Assembly (NCBI RefSeq): GCF_009914755.1 | Contig: NC_060933.1 | Reading direction: 5' to 3' (one strand) | DNA length: 64,000 bases | Origin: the human T2T-CHM13v2.0 reference genome, Homo sapiens | Shown here: piece by piece, positions 16,337-29,949 of the stretch | Position numbering within the stretch: position 1 is the stretch's first letter | Layout: every line of letters begins with the position of its first letter | Notes under the pieces: generated by a model | The model's input: the letters and a program-made list of their open reading frames with translations, nothing else | The model's database searches: none | What the model was told of the DNA's origin: nothing | Made by a program: the position numbers and the translations under genes

Positions 16337-17036
16337 TGTTAGCAGCAGCAAATCCATACAGGTCTGCAGCAACTTAATTCTTGCCTCCTTAGAGGAATTA
16401 ATTCATTCCAGGAGCATAAGGCAGAGTGAGAGACTGAGGCAAATTTTAGAGCAGAAGTGAAAGTTTCTTAAAAATTTTCAGAGCAGGAACAAAAGGAAGT
16501 AAAGTACATGTGGAAGAGGGCCAAGCCAGCAACTTAAGAGATCCAAGTGCTCTGTTCAGGGTTGGCGTGGGGTTTTATACATTGGAATGATCCCATGGTT
16601 TGTGTCCTGTCTCTTCTGATTCTTCCCTTGGGGTGGGCTGTCGGCATGAGCAGTGGCCTGTCAACACTTGGGAAGGGCCACGTGTATAGTGTGTTTACTG
16701 AAGTTGTGGGCATGCTCACTTGAGGCGTTTTTCCCTTATCAGTCAAACTTTCCTAGAGGAAGATCGTGTACCAGTTAAACTCCACCATTTTGCCTCTTAG
16801 TGTACATGGTTGAGCCCACTGGCCCAGCTCCTGAGATTTTATCAGGAAGCTGCTGATCACCAGCTTCAGGTGTTTTCTCCTAGGAGACTGCCTTTCCCTG
16901 GCACTGGATGCAACCAATTATCATTTTAGAGAGACAGTTTAACCACTGCCTGACCATCACCTAATGGTTGCCTGACATTGCTGAAGGGGTGCCCTCTTCT
17001 GCCTTGCTCGTGTCTGCCTAACTACCTACTCCAACA
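16337..17036 (-). mobile_element. MER50-like ERV1 solo LTR
   Basis: TG...CA termini; the reverse complement begins tgttggagtaggtagttaggcagaca. Confidence 0.75.
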
Positions 17037-17094
17037 AATCCATCTAACCCTATGCTCTCTACTGGGGTCCTTTACATGCACCTTAGAGCTTGCA

Positions 17095-17330
17095 TAGCAC
17101 TGTAGTTGGGAGCAGCCTCCGGAGCCAGAATGCCTGGCTCTGCCACTTGCTAATAATTGCATGACCTTGGGCAAATTATGGAAGTCCTCTCTGCCTTTGA
17201 TTGTTAAAATGGAGGCAATAACTGCATATACCTCCAGGGTTTTTGAAAGGAATAAATGAGGCAGTATATGTAAAGCACTTAGAATGGTGCCTTCCCACAT
17301 AGTAAATGCTCAGTTAACATCAGTCATTCT
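17095..17330 (+). mobile_element. MIR SINE
   Basis: ctctgccactt...tgaccttgggcaa core; gtaaagcacttagaa...agtaaatgctca tail. Confidence 0.75.
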
Positions 17331-18161
17331 TATTTTGGTAGTACTTGCTCTTGCCCCTGGCCACTGGAAGTGGAAAAATCAGGAAAGTTAAGAATGCCCT
17401 CAGAAGCCAGATCCTGGAAGCAGGAATAAAGAAGAAGAATTCAGGCCCCAGTAAACCTATCTTCTCATTAACTTGTTCATTTTATGCAGTTCATATTTCC
17501 TTTCTCTATTTGTTAGTTAATTTAACTTTTTAGTTGAGTTCTCTTTGATAATATCAGCCTATCTCCGAAAAATTAATCAAGAAAAAGGAAAGGACTTTCG
17601 CCTACTAAGGAATCAAAACTAATGAAAAGAGAATGAACTTTGAAATCAGAGTTGCACTATGATCAAACCACATAACCTTAATGAGTCTGCCTTTCTCATC
17701 AGTATAGTGGGTTGATAAACTGACCCTCAGGACTGATTTGAGAATCAAATTAGATTAAATATATAAAAACAGTTTGTAAACTGTAAAGTACGCTATAAAA
17801 CCTAGTTGTTGCCTTATTCCTAGGGCTAGAAGCAAAGATTGCTGGTAAGGTAGGATTTCTGGGACCCCATGGAGAAGGCAGATATTCAGGGAAGATTCTG
17901 GACCACTTGTGAAGCCTGCCTTTCTAGCCAGGAGCAGTTTCCTTACTTGTTCTTTGCTACACACTGAAATATAGATGGTATTGTTTCTTTAAGGAACCTG
18001 GAGGTTGGGGAGATGCTGGCTGTCCTGGAGAGTGCTGTTCATAAAATGCAATGACCTCATGGCATCTGAGTAGACTTCATGGGGAAATGGGACCTAAACA
18101 ACAGATGGGGATTAGACAGGCCAAGACAGGAACATAGGTGAGAATTAGACATCTCTCCATG

Positions 18162-18745
18162 TGTGACTGCCCAACAGGTTGTTTTTGCCTGCTGGCCAGG
18201 TTGAGCCAATTTATTAAGACAGGGGCATTGCAGAGCCAGCTGAATGGGATACCAGCGTTTTAGTACTCAAATCAGTTCCCCCAAAATTTGGAGTCTAGGG
18301 TTTTTCAAGGATAGTTTGGTGGGTTAGGGAATGGGTACAGCTGATTGGTTAGGGATGCAATCCTAGGGTTGTGGGAAATGGTCCTTGTGCATGCTCAGTC
18401 CACTTCTGGGTGGGGCCACAGGACCAGTTAACAGGTCCAAGAGGAGTCATTGATCATCAGAAATGCTGGTAATCATTTACATCTTCACCTTAGGAGAATT
18501 CAGGCTCCTCTCATCCTCCTAACCTTGTGGTGGTCTTTCATTAACTTTGCAAAGGCAGTTTAGATTCAGGAAGGGCTATTATCATTTAAACTATAAACTA
18601 CATGTCTCCCAAAGTTATCCTGGCCCAAGCCCAAGACTGATTAATGGCAGTTTGGAGGCAAAAGGCAAGATACGGGTTGGTTAGATCAGATCTCTATCAC
18701 TGTCTTAATTTTCTCACTGTTATAATTTTTGCAAAAGCGATTTCA
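18162..18745 (-). mobile_element. LTR8A-like ERV1 solo LTR
   Basis: TG...CA termini with 4-bp TSD CATG (18158-61 and 18746-49); the reverse complement begins tgaaatcgcttttgcaaaaattataacagtgag. Confidence 0.85.
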
Positions 18746-18829
18746 CATGAAGGGGAGGAACACCAAGCAAAGAGATAAGTTCCTGTTCTAAGTCCAGTAC
18801 TTGGCCTGTGGAGTCTACTTGTATTCACT

Positions 18830-18832
<3 letters not shown>

Positions 18833-18872
<40 letters not shown>

Positions 18873-18878
18873 CATGCA
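18833..18878. repeat. (TG)16(CG)3 TGCATGCA alternating purine-pyrimidine tract
   Basis: Seen directly. Confidence 0.95.
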
Positions 18879-21379
18879 AATAGTTGATTATAATAGAATC
18901 AAAATACACGCAGGATTTGTCTCCAAGATATTGTCTACCACTGTTGGAGGTGGGGGGGTTGTAATCTTTCACCTTTTCATGTGCCACATCCTGCTATGTT
19001 TTAGAAAAGTTTGGGAAAGTGGAGTTCAGCTAATATTGTGGAAATTAAGTGACTCTCATCTCCTATAATTAGCTACAGTTTTTCCTTTCACAAAGCAAGA
19101 GAATCACTATGCAGCTTCTGCCTTATAATATCTTTTTGTCTTCTAGACAAGAGTTTTGAAATCATCCCTAACACACATATGCACGCACACACACACACAC
19201 CCCTTCCTCTCCTTATTGCCCAGTGGTATTGGCATTGATATTGTTAATACAACCGTAGGTTCCCTGAAAAAAGCAGCTAATTTGATTGTACTTTGTTCTT
19301 GAAAGGAGAAAAAGAGAAAGGTATGGTTTTCTTTGGGGCACCAGTTTGTACATGATTTTCTTAATTTCAAAAATATACCATACAGATACACAAGAAACTT
19401 GGAATACTGGTTGCCTGTGAGAAGAGGAACCAGGTAGTTGAGGGAGATGGGTGTGAGGAAGACTTTTCACAGCATTTCCTCTTGGTACCTTTTAAATTTT
19501 GAATCAAGTTTATTTCTTGACTATTCAAGAATAGATGAATAGAATGGATGCTAGAGATGTCGGTAGCAGAGGCAAGGTGCAAAGGAGGGAGGAGAGAGGG
19601 CAGAGAGAAAGAGCTAGAGAAAACGAAAGAAAGAGAGTGAATAGCTGGGCTCTAGAAATTAACATAATAAGCCTCTGACTCTTGGAAACTGGAGAGGGTG
19701 GAAGAACATGGAAAATGTCAATCAACTCTCAAACAATTGTTCAGTGACATGGACCATATTATGACTATCATCAATCCATAGGAATCATTAAATCTATTCT
19801 CAAAATGCAATCTAATATTCTCCAAAGAAATATAAAATTATTGACGAAGGTTATAATTGTAAATTATTTTGATCAGATTGAATTACCCCTCCCCATTTTC
19901 CAGGGTAAGTCTCAGGGTGAGGTCTTCAGAAATAGTCATGCCACTGATGCCTCTTTGAGTGGGAACCTAAAGTGAATTAGGATTGGGAACCTATATTCTT
20001 TTGCACTTCTACTCTGTGCCAAGAATTCTGATATCTTGACCATCACAGAGCTTACAGATTTGGGTTTTCCATTCCACAGAGCCTCAGAAACACGAGGCTA
20101 ACAGCTTGGAAAACAACTTCCCTTTGCTGGTAGAAAGAAGGCCGGGGAAAATAAGCCAGAATCACATCTTGGCACGAATAAAATCCCAGTAAGGAACACA
20201 CTGGTATAGTTGGACTTGGGGTTTTTGTGTAACTGTTTTCATGAGCATTCTGGGAGAAACATTTTGCCAGAACATCCCTGTGCTAGGGTTATAGGTAACA
20301 TTCCTGAAAATAGAAAAGGATTCTTGCTCTTTTTGAAAAATTGTATAGTTTAAAAAGGATTTTGCTGACCATCTGCTGTTCTCTACCCATGAGAACCTAT
20401 CAAAGCAAATCTTACAAAATAGATCAGGCCAGAGGTAGGGTAGGCCCAAGGAGAAAATGATGATAACAATAATTGTATTCGTGTTCTAGAAACATAACCT
20501 AGTAATATGTCTATATCTGTTTAAGAGTTCGAACTCTTTTATCCTTCACCTTCAATATTTTATCTCTGAAAGGATGTAGAAAGACCAGTTTAGCTCATAA
20601 AACATCATTCTATCAGGAATCTTTTTATGTGAAAATCCATTATGATTATGGAATTCTTCGTTTCTCTGTTGGCAGTGCCTGCTCAAAAATAATGAGCTCC
20701 CTGTACATTTTGTTTCCAAGGAGATAAGACCAAAAATTCATTCAACGCCCTGTCTAGAACCTGGCAGGGACCATTGTGTGTAATGTGTGACTCTTTGAAG
20801 TGGTATCAAGAGAGATAAACCAGCACAAGCCTGTGTGTCTGATGTCCTGCCAGCTTCCTGAGCCCAGAAAAAGAATTTAGGCACAGAAGAAAATGACCAT
20901 GGCACTCTTACATGCACAGTAAAAACTGCACCTCCTCTTAATTCTTCTCCTTGTAATCCTGTTGTTCTCTACATTAATGAACTTTCCTGGCATCTCAGAT
21001 TCTTACTGAAAGGCATGTTCAGAAACTGGTTCATGATAGTTCGTAAAACAAATACCAGGGAGATAGGACCATGAGATTTTAATGAAGAGCTTCTGCTAAG
21101 CACACTGAAATGATGCCAAAAATGGTATAACTGCCGAGATAAAAATATTATAAAAAGTTAAATTGGAGGAAAAGTGAAGGAAAACAATGCTTTTGTTAAG
21201 CAATCATTACTTTTTTTCAGGATCTAAACATCTTTTATACAAACCTTGATTATGAAATGATGGTTTTTGGTTCATTCATATATAAGTATTGCTTATTCAG
21301 ATGATAATAATTGGCTAACTAAACTTAATTTTAAAGAACTTTTAGTTTTTTAGTCTTATTGTTGACATAGCAATGATAA

Positions 21380-21708
<329 letters not shown>

Positions 21709-22084
21709 CAAGAAGGATTTTTTTTTAATTTGAGAAGAAATCAGCATTCAAATAAAACAAACTTACTGCGTTACAGACTTTGAGTTGTCTGTAGTATTTA
21801 ATGGATAGACAAGACACTTATTTTCAGAGCAAAAGCTGGTTGGAGAAAGGGGGAAAATTGTTCAAATGTCATGCAACACATTCAAAGAACTGTAGAACAA
21901 CCCCGTTTTCTGAGCCATCGGCAATTTCACCTTGGATGCTCATGTTTATCACTTTCCCGGTCCTCCAAATCCTGAGGTCTCAGTGGATAGAGCAGGTTTT
22001 TTTTCCTTTCTTTTCACATGTTCTACTTCTTGGTTTGAGACACGAGTTTCAAGACGTGGTTTGAGACTTGGTTTCTTTCTTCTT

Positions 22085-23180
22085 TAATATACTTTTGTTT
22101 TGAAATAACTTCAATTTTACAAAAGAGTTGAAAGTGGAATACAAAGAACTTTTTCGACCTCATCCATTCGGGAGTAAGTTGCTGACATAATACCTCATTG
22201 CCCAGTGCATATTCCTTCAAGGTTTCTCAGTTATCCCAATAATGTCTTTAGTAGCAAGAGAATTCCTCCCCAAATCACACATTGCATTTAGTTGTCATGT
22301 CCCTTCTGTTTCTTCAAACGAAAACAGTTCCTCGGGCTTCCCTCAATTTTTATGACCTTAACGCTTCTGAAGATGATAGGCCTATTATTTTGAAATATGT
22401 CCCTCAGATTGGATGTGCCTGATGTTTCCACATGATTAGATGAGTCTTTGTTGTGAGACTTTGGCAAGAACATCACAGAAGTGATGCTGGGCTCTTCTTA
22501 TCACACCCAATCACATGATTATGATTTCCTTTATACCATGACTGCTGATGCTAATGCCAGTCTCTTGATTAAAGTGGTATCTTCTGACCTTTTCCATTGC
22601 AGAAGTTAAGTTCCAAAGTTTTCCTTTGGAATTAATACGTCTTTTGTGAGGAGGTCCCCTGGGACTGTGGCAAATATCTCATTCCTCATTGAACTTACCT
22701 GCATGAACTTGTGGCCTCCTGTCTTATCCAATGGGCTATAATCTATGCTATCCTAACTTCTTTTATTTTAAAGTAAAACATTCCCCAGATGCAGCCAATG
22801 TGACTTTAAGATGACTCATATCTTTTGACACGTTCATATCATTCTTTAAGAACTTCATTACTTTCTGGCACAAGAAGATATTCTAGGTTCATCTTGAACT
22901 TTCCCTGCTCCAGCCCTAGAGAATAGTATTTAGACACCAAGATTTCAACATCAAGTAAGTTCATTGCTACTGATGTGTCACTGCTCTCAGTACCCAGAAG
23001 TTAAAAAAAAATGCATATATCTGTGCATGTATAGCCATATACACACACACTAATATAATCATTTCTATATTAATCTATACATTGAGTCATGAGTCCTCCC
23101 TTGTATGTCCAACTCTTACCCAACACCACAGGATTTATTCTTTTTTCTTCTTCCATATTTGTAATTCTCTGGCACCCACT
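22085..23180 (-). mobile_element. L1MC4/5-like 3' end fragments
   Basis: attgcatttagttgtcatgtc, tttggcaagaacatcacagaagtgatg and agacaccaagat motifs. Confidence 0.6.
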
Positions 23181-24031
23181 ATCATTAACACACTTTCTTA
23201 TGCGATCAAGCCCTCCATATAAACAGCCTCCTACCATTGCTGCCCCCACCCCCACACAGATGCTGTCCTCGCCTCACTCAGGTTCTACATCCCTCCTCAG
23301 GTCACCACTGCACCCCTGGCTTAGATGCCCTTTTCACTCTGTTCAGCCTCAACATCCCATCCTGGACTACCACGGCTCCCTGTCTCCCTATGAACATTGA
23401 TGAACATTGTCTTCTTTAGCCTTGCCTAATGGGTTTCGACTGAACCATTTAAGAAAAGAAAGCAAAAGTATGAGGAATTGCTGAGGATTTCTGAACAGAA
23501 ACCCTATTGTTTCCAGGCTTAGAAGCTAGTCGGTGAAATGGGTAGAGAACAAGAGGAGTAGGTGCTGGGCAATGCCCAGCCTCTGTGCTCCACGGTGCAG
23601 GAAGGATCTGCTTGGCCAGATCCCTGATTATTGCCTTCCTGGCCAGGCACTTGCTTACGTCAAATCTTACCTATCTGCCAGGCTGGGACATGATCTCAGG
23701 TCTTACCTTTGTGACTTTGAATAAGAGAATGCTGTCATTGGTACCCCTTCCACTCCCGCTTTCTGGTTCAGGGGTATTTAACCTGGGGTCCACAAGCTTT
23801 GGGAACTCCATAAGCCCTCTAATATATGTGCAAATATGCTTTTCTCTGGTGAAAGAATCCAGAACTTTATTGAGTTTCTTAATAGATGCATTACCCAGTA
23901 ACATTAACTACTTGCTCTACATCAAAAGGTTGACAACAAATTCGGTCTTACCAATAATTAAAGAAAAGCAAATAAAATGAAATACTATTTGCCATAAATA
24001 GGTTGGTGAAGATGAAAAAGTTTGTGAAATC

Positions 24032-24495
24032 TGTATTAACTTGATTGCAGCTGTAACAAATTACCATAGATTTAGTGGCTTAAAACAAGACACATTTACT
24101 CTGTTACAGTTCTGGAGGTCAGAAGTCCAAAACAGATCTTACTGGGCTAAAATCAAGATTGACCAAGATGTTTCCTTCTGGAGGCTCTACGGGGAAATGT
24201 ATTCGTCTTTTCCAGCTCCTCAAAGCCACCTGCATCCCTTGGCTGTGGCCCTTCTCCCATCTGCAAGAATGGCAGCATAGCATCTTCACATTTCTCTCTG
24301 ACTCGCTATCTTCCCCATTATAAGGCCCCTTTTGATGACATGAGGCCTACTTGCATAATCGAGGATAATCCCCCATCTCAGTATTCTTTCTTAATCACAT
24401 TTGCAAAGTCCCTTTTGTCATGTGAGGTAGCATATTCATAGGTTTCAGGGATTAGGGTGTGGATTTCTTTAGGGGGGCAGTTATTCTGCCTATCA
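24032..24495 (-). mobile_element. MLT1D-like MaLR LTR inserted in an old L1ME fragment
   Basis: gctgtaacaaattacca...ttacagttctggaggtcagaagtcc...ttattctgcctatca. Confidence 0.8.
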
Positions 24496-24785
24496 GAAGA
24501 TCAAAGAATTAAATAATATATACTATCATGCATTGTTGCCCAAAACGTAAATTAGGATAACATTTCTGAAGGGCAATTTAGCAATGTATATCAGTATTTT
24601 CAAATGATACCTACTGAGCTATCAGTGCTACTTCAGTCATGTAACCTAGGGAAATATTTGGTCACAGAGATGTATGTACTAGGAAATTCACCACAGCGTA
24701 GTTTATATTAGTGAAAAATTGGAAACATGTAATTATCTATAAAGAGTTGATTAAAGATTCTTTTTTTTGCTTCATAATGGTGCTG

Positions 24786-24893
24786 ATTTTTTTTTTATTT
24801 CAATATCTTTTGGGGTACAAGTGGTTTTTTTGTTACATGGATGAATGAATTACATAGTGGTGAATCCTGAGATTTTAGTGCACCCATCACCCA
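24786..24893 (-). mobile_element. Very short L1PB-like 3' terminal fragment
   Basis: ttttggggtacaagtggt...gagattttagtgcacccatcaccc. Confidence 0.7.
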
Positions 24894-25273
24894 TTTAAAG
24901 AATGAGGTAGACTTACATTCATTGACAAGAAAATTGTCCAAGATTTATTAATCTGCCTAATGATGTGTGTGCATATGTGTGATTGGAAAGAGAGACATTC
25001 AGATCAATTACGTCTGAGAAGTGGGACTTGAGGGATTTTTGAATTTTTATATTTTTGTGAGCTTTTAGTCTATAATGAACATGCATTGGTATTTTTTAAA
25101 GTAACAAGTTGGATCTTTTAATTAGAAAAGAAGGTATTGAATTCATCTTCCTTGTCTTGTGAAAATGGCTGCTTTCTTTGGGGGTAAAAATATATCTTGC
25201 CCAGGCAGTTAGTGGTTTTACTAGGCCATTTGTTCTCAGCATACAGAAACTCAAATGATCTCATACCCTCGAC

Positions 25274-25487
25274 CAGGGGTTGGTCCTGAAGGCAAGTCTA
25301 GACCACCACCCCTTTATAAATAAGATTTTAGTGGGGCACAGCCCCACCCATTTGTTTATGTATTGTCTATGGCTGATCTCAAGTTACAATGGCAGAGTTG
25401 AGTAGTTGTGACAGAGACCATATGGCTCACAAAGTCTACAATATTCACTATCTGGCCCTTAAAAAAAAAAAAAATTGCCAACTCCTG
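25274..25487 (+). mobile_element. MER58A-like DNA transposon with both termini
   Basis: caggggttgg...ttgccaactcctg terminal inverted repeats. Confidence 0.8.
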
Positions 25488-25940
25488 CTCTGGCCTTCTT
25501 ACCAACAATGACAAACATCTTTTGACTACTTTGTTTTTAATAATTTTTTGACAAGAGTGAAGAGTCAGATGGCAATATGTAAACACCTTATTGTAAACAC
25601 TGTTCATTCCCAATTCCCACCCCCACCATCATAATTCAAAAATAAATTTTAAGGGGAAAAAATCTCATTACTGTAGGAAAAGGTTGGTTTTCCTTCTTTA
25701 TATTCTAGGGTTTCTCAGCTTTGGTCTTTAGAGAGATCTAAGAGCAAACTCTAATGAAATGCTAATTGTACATTTTAAAGCAGAATACAGGTGCCCAGTA
25801 ATGTTACTGGATAACAGGCATAATTTCTGTCCCACAGTAAGCGTACTTGCTCTGTCCACGTCTGGATTTAGGCTTTCAAATCTGCTGTCCTTGGAATGCC
25901 TTTGAGAAGCTCTGTGGAAACTTTAGTTCTCACTTCCATT

Positions 25941-26143
25941 CGTTATGCAGAGATCACATACACATCCCTCGTTTTACAGAGATCATATACACATCCCTCA
26001 TTATACAGAGATCATATACACATCCCTCGTTATACAGAGATCATATACACATCCCTCATTATACAGAGATCATATACATATCCCTCGTTATACAGAGATC
26101 ATATACACATCCCTCATTATACAGAGATCATATACACATCCCT
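25941..26143. repeat. 29-bp minisatellite, 7 copies
   Basis: Unit C[G/A]TTATACAGAGATCATATACACATCCCT. Confidence 0.97.
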
Positions 26144-29100
26144 CTTTTGATACACATTTCCCATTCTAGACCCTCCACCTTCATGCAATGTGAGTGCTAT
26201 GGAAAATAGGGAAGCCCAAAAAGAACTGATTCAATCAAGTTATCAATTCCCAGCAGAACAGCATGTGCTCTGCCTCATCCAGGTCTAAATTGGCCTGAAT
26301 CCCAGGTTGCCTAAGGAGACTGCATTGGTTTTAGGGCTCCTAAGTCCATGTGAATCTCGGAAAGGTCAGAATTGGACCCAGGAATCTGAACCAGGCCACT
26401 TCTTCCTTAAGCCATCAGAGAGTCCACTAAATGCTCCACAGGAGTCTCTGGAGTATATAAATCCAAGGCAAACTGAGAACCACACCCAAAGAAGATTAGG
26501 AGCCAAAACAAATCAATACTAGAAATGTAGGTTGCAAGACAAATAGCAGGCATTTGGACAACTCTCTGCCCTTCAGATGCCCATCACACTGATGCTGTGA
26601 CGTTTCCAGTAAGGGCTGTGGATGGATTTCTGATGTTTCTTTATAGGACCTATCTATTTATGGGTCCTTGAAAAACCATTCGCTCTTTGGGCTTGGCTGC
26701 CAAAGGCCAGACATCACTTGCCAGAGCATATTCTTATCCCAGGAGCGAGCCAGCCAGATCCTTTCAGACACCTCTGTCCTTACTCCTCCTCCTGCTCCCT
26801 TGCCATGGCTCTCATCCCTACTTCAGCTCACCACTCAACTCTCCCCCGTCTTTACTTCCCTCACATTGTTTGTTATTTTCTTTCCTTTGTTGAGAAGTTT
26901 CTGGAGCCTCAAGACCCAGGAGACTAATGTGGGAATAATAAATCCAGGAAAGGTCTTTGCGTTCCCCTGGTAGCTCCACCCCCACTGCTCACCGTGGAAT
27001 TCCTAGTCAGCAGCGGCTCCTTCCTGTGGCTTGCAGCTGAACCCTGTGCTGTGCCCAGTGAGGCCTCCCGGGATACGTGCTAGGAATATTAGCCATTCTT
27101 CATATCCACTGCTATGCTGTGGCTTTGGTTCAGCAGAAGAGAAATGAAATGGGATGTAGACAGGGCTGTGAGCGAAGGTTCTTTTTTTGTGTTGGGGTAA
27201 AGGGCGTTATTTCTTTTGCAAAGGCTCTCACCCAAAATCAGAGCAAAACTTAGCCTGAGTTCCTGAGGCATGCTGGCTCGGAGCTGCTGCTGGCTTTTGT
27301 TTTTCCTCCAAGCTGATCTGTGTATTTTCTAGCTTGCCTTTCCATTGGCTGGAGTGAGGGGATGAGAACAGCTATATCACTCAAGAGAAGGGAATATTCA
27401 TAGAGTCCGCAGGTTTTCCTCTGAAACTGTTGTTTTCTTCTCAGAGCAGTAGCACCTTGATTATAGAGCGCTTCCTTGAAAGTCCTAAAATAATGTCCTA
27501 TTTCAGACCAAATGTGAAACATCAATTTCATTCCTTACAGAATCTAATCTTGGTGTGCGTGATAGATAAGTATACACAGAGAGGGGAATTTCTGACCTAG
27601 GACTCTCCTCAAAAGTATGGTATGACCCAAGTATGATCCACATTCTAGAGTTCATTAAAAGGCCATCTCATCTGTGGATTGAAATTACTTCCTTAGCTCC
27701 AGGCAGCCTGCAGCCAGGCCTCCCTAGGGTCATCCTGGTCTTCCCTCCTGCAGGCCAGGTGGCACCTGCCAGCAGCCTGAGGGTAGAGTCAACTAGGGAC
27801 TTATAAACCCAGAAAGTTGAAACTTTAAAAAAAATGCTGATGTGTTTTTAAAAGGTATATTTTATGCCAAGAGCCTACTGGCAGAGAAGGACTTATGGGA
27901 ACCCTGTGTATTATCCTCATGAGGTAGGTTCAATTCTGATCAACAGTACTGTGAACTTTTAAAATTGGACTAATTTCCTAGAGCCTGCCTGCCTGCTACC
28001 CCCTAGAGGTGGCCCAGTCAATCCTGGAGAAGCATGCTGTTTAACACGGCCAAACTCTATCTTACAGTACAGTCACATTTTCATAGTTGTGTGTGCAAAG
28101 TATCAGGAGCAGGCATCTCATCTTCTTCACCTGTAAGAGAATAACCAAGTCCTAGGGTATGGGTGAAGGTAGTAACCACACAGTAACCCAATCATTTTGG
28201 AAAATGCAAGGCCTTAATCAAGTCATAAATCTGGATGGAGCTACTTTTCATGCTGAGAAATATATCAAGTTCTTCTACCAGATGCCCAGGATCATGGGAG
28301 ACGTTAGCATACCCCCTGCCAACGGAAACCCAAAGCTTACGCTAGGGGTGAAGAGACATTTGGGGAATGGAAAATGGGCTTGGATAGTTTTATTTTTCCA
28401 GGAATGTCTTAAAGTTAGTTTTCTTTGGGAAAATGTACATGGGAATCATCTTGGCCCAGTTATTTGACCAGCTTATTGGGAGGTCCCAGAAATCGGAGTG
28501 AAAATTAAAGTTGCTTGTCTTCTCCCACAGCCTTCTAGGGTCCAGCTGACAAATGGAGGGAGTAACTGAGTTTTTCCAATATGAATTAATCATTCCTCTC
28601 AGCCAGCTGCTTGGTGCCAGCTCCCACTCCTTCTAAGCTCTTTAGCGACCATCTCTGCCACCCAAGAGAATGCCAAACCAGAAATGGAAGGAGCCAGAAA
28701 AGGCACTGAAATGACTTCCCTACTTTTGCTCAGTCACCCCATGGCCTTAGAGTGAGGCCCGTACACACCACATACCACGAGCAAAATGGAGATCCCTCTA
28801 TAAAATTTACAGGACTGAGTGTTCTCCAGTTTTGGAAAATTAAATTAAGGAAAGGACTCCCAGACTGACTACACCAAGTGCCAAGTTTCATCCCGACACA
28901 CATCATTTTTATAGTAAGTTTAACTCTGTGAAAAATAGAGGATTGTAATGAAAATGCTGACAGGCCTGGAGCCAGCTCATGAAGTAATAATGCCACATCT
29001 TTCATACTTTTACACAGCATGTCCTAATCAGCCACAGCTTTCTTTTCCTTTAGAAAGCAGTTAAATACGTGAAAATTCCCAGAGTACTACTTTTTCTCCT

Positions 29101-29949
29101 CCTCTTTTAGATTGTATATTCTTATTTTCAGAGCATTCTTCCCCGTGAACTGGGTTCAGTCCATTTACAGCTTTTACTCTGTGCAATCTGTTTATCAAGC
29201 TCAGGTGCCTTTTTCTGAGCTGTTTGGCTGGAGAGGGGGAAGAGGAGAAAAAACGTGCACTCAGAATTCTTGCTTCTGCTTATTAAGGCTAGGAACACAT
29301 CAAAATGAACTTTGGCTGTGTGGCTCACTCAAAGTGACTGGCAGCTAATGAATGCCTGAGCTGGCTTGATCTATCCTACAAGGAAGCCCACAAATTAAGC
29401 CACTGGCCAAAAATCTTGGTGATTTTCAGACCTTTGAATCAACAAAAAATCCACTATATAATGACCCTTGTATTGTGAATTCAGAGCTTCTTTAGAGACA
29501 GGTGCCACAAAGGCAACCTTATGCTACCAGTATTAAAGTTAGCATCTTCTGCTGAGGGTGCGAGGAAGTGAAGCCAGAGATGCCAGGGCTCCCAGTTTTC
29601 TTCCCCCATGTCCTCATCTGTCCAACTCAGGCTGTTTCCCTGAGTCAGGCTGTTTAGTCACAGAAGCCAATGTAAAATCAAGAGACAAACATGCAGAAAG
29701 TCAGTGAAGTCAATGGGAAAAAGCAAGGATGTCAATTGGTGGCACATTATAGGTTACATCTGGACTGATGCCCTGTCCTTGCTGGAGGCCATTGATTCTG
29801 TCATAGTTGGAGCAAATAATGAGGGGAACCCCCTGGTCTTTAGTGTTTCCTTTTCCCTATTTCATGTCAGTACTTAGGGATGTTAGACCCATTCAGAGAG
29901 ATGTCTTTTCTGGTGTTTAAGATTAAAAAAAAATCAATCACACATTTTT

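Larger units (their letters stand above)
13833..17701 (+). repeat. Three diverged direct copies of a local segment (13833-13995, 15575-15840, 17347-17701)
   Basis: Shared ctttgataatatcagcctatctc...caagaaaaaggaaag core, with longer pairwise alignments. Confidence 0.85.

Noticed and set aside
25941-26143. CRISPR-like array, or coding ORFs open in three frames
   Set aside because: The units abut with no spacers and the genome is primate. The open frames result from a stop-free 29-mer.
27750-28016. CTCF-like motifs (GGCCAGGTGGCAC; CCTCTAGGGGGTAG on the minus strand)
   Set aside because: Each has two or more mismatches at core positions and cannot be supported without ChIP data.
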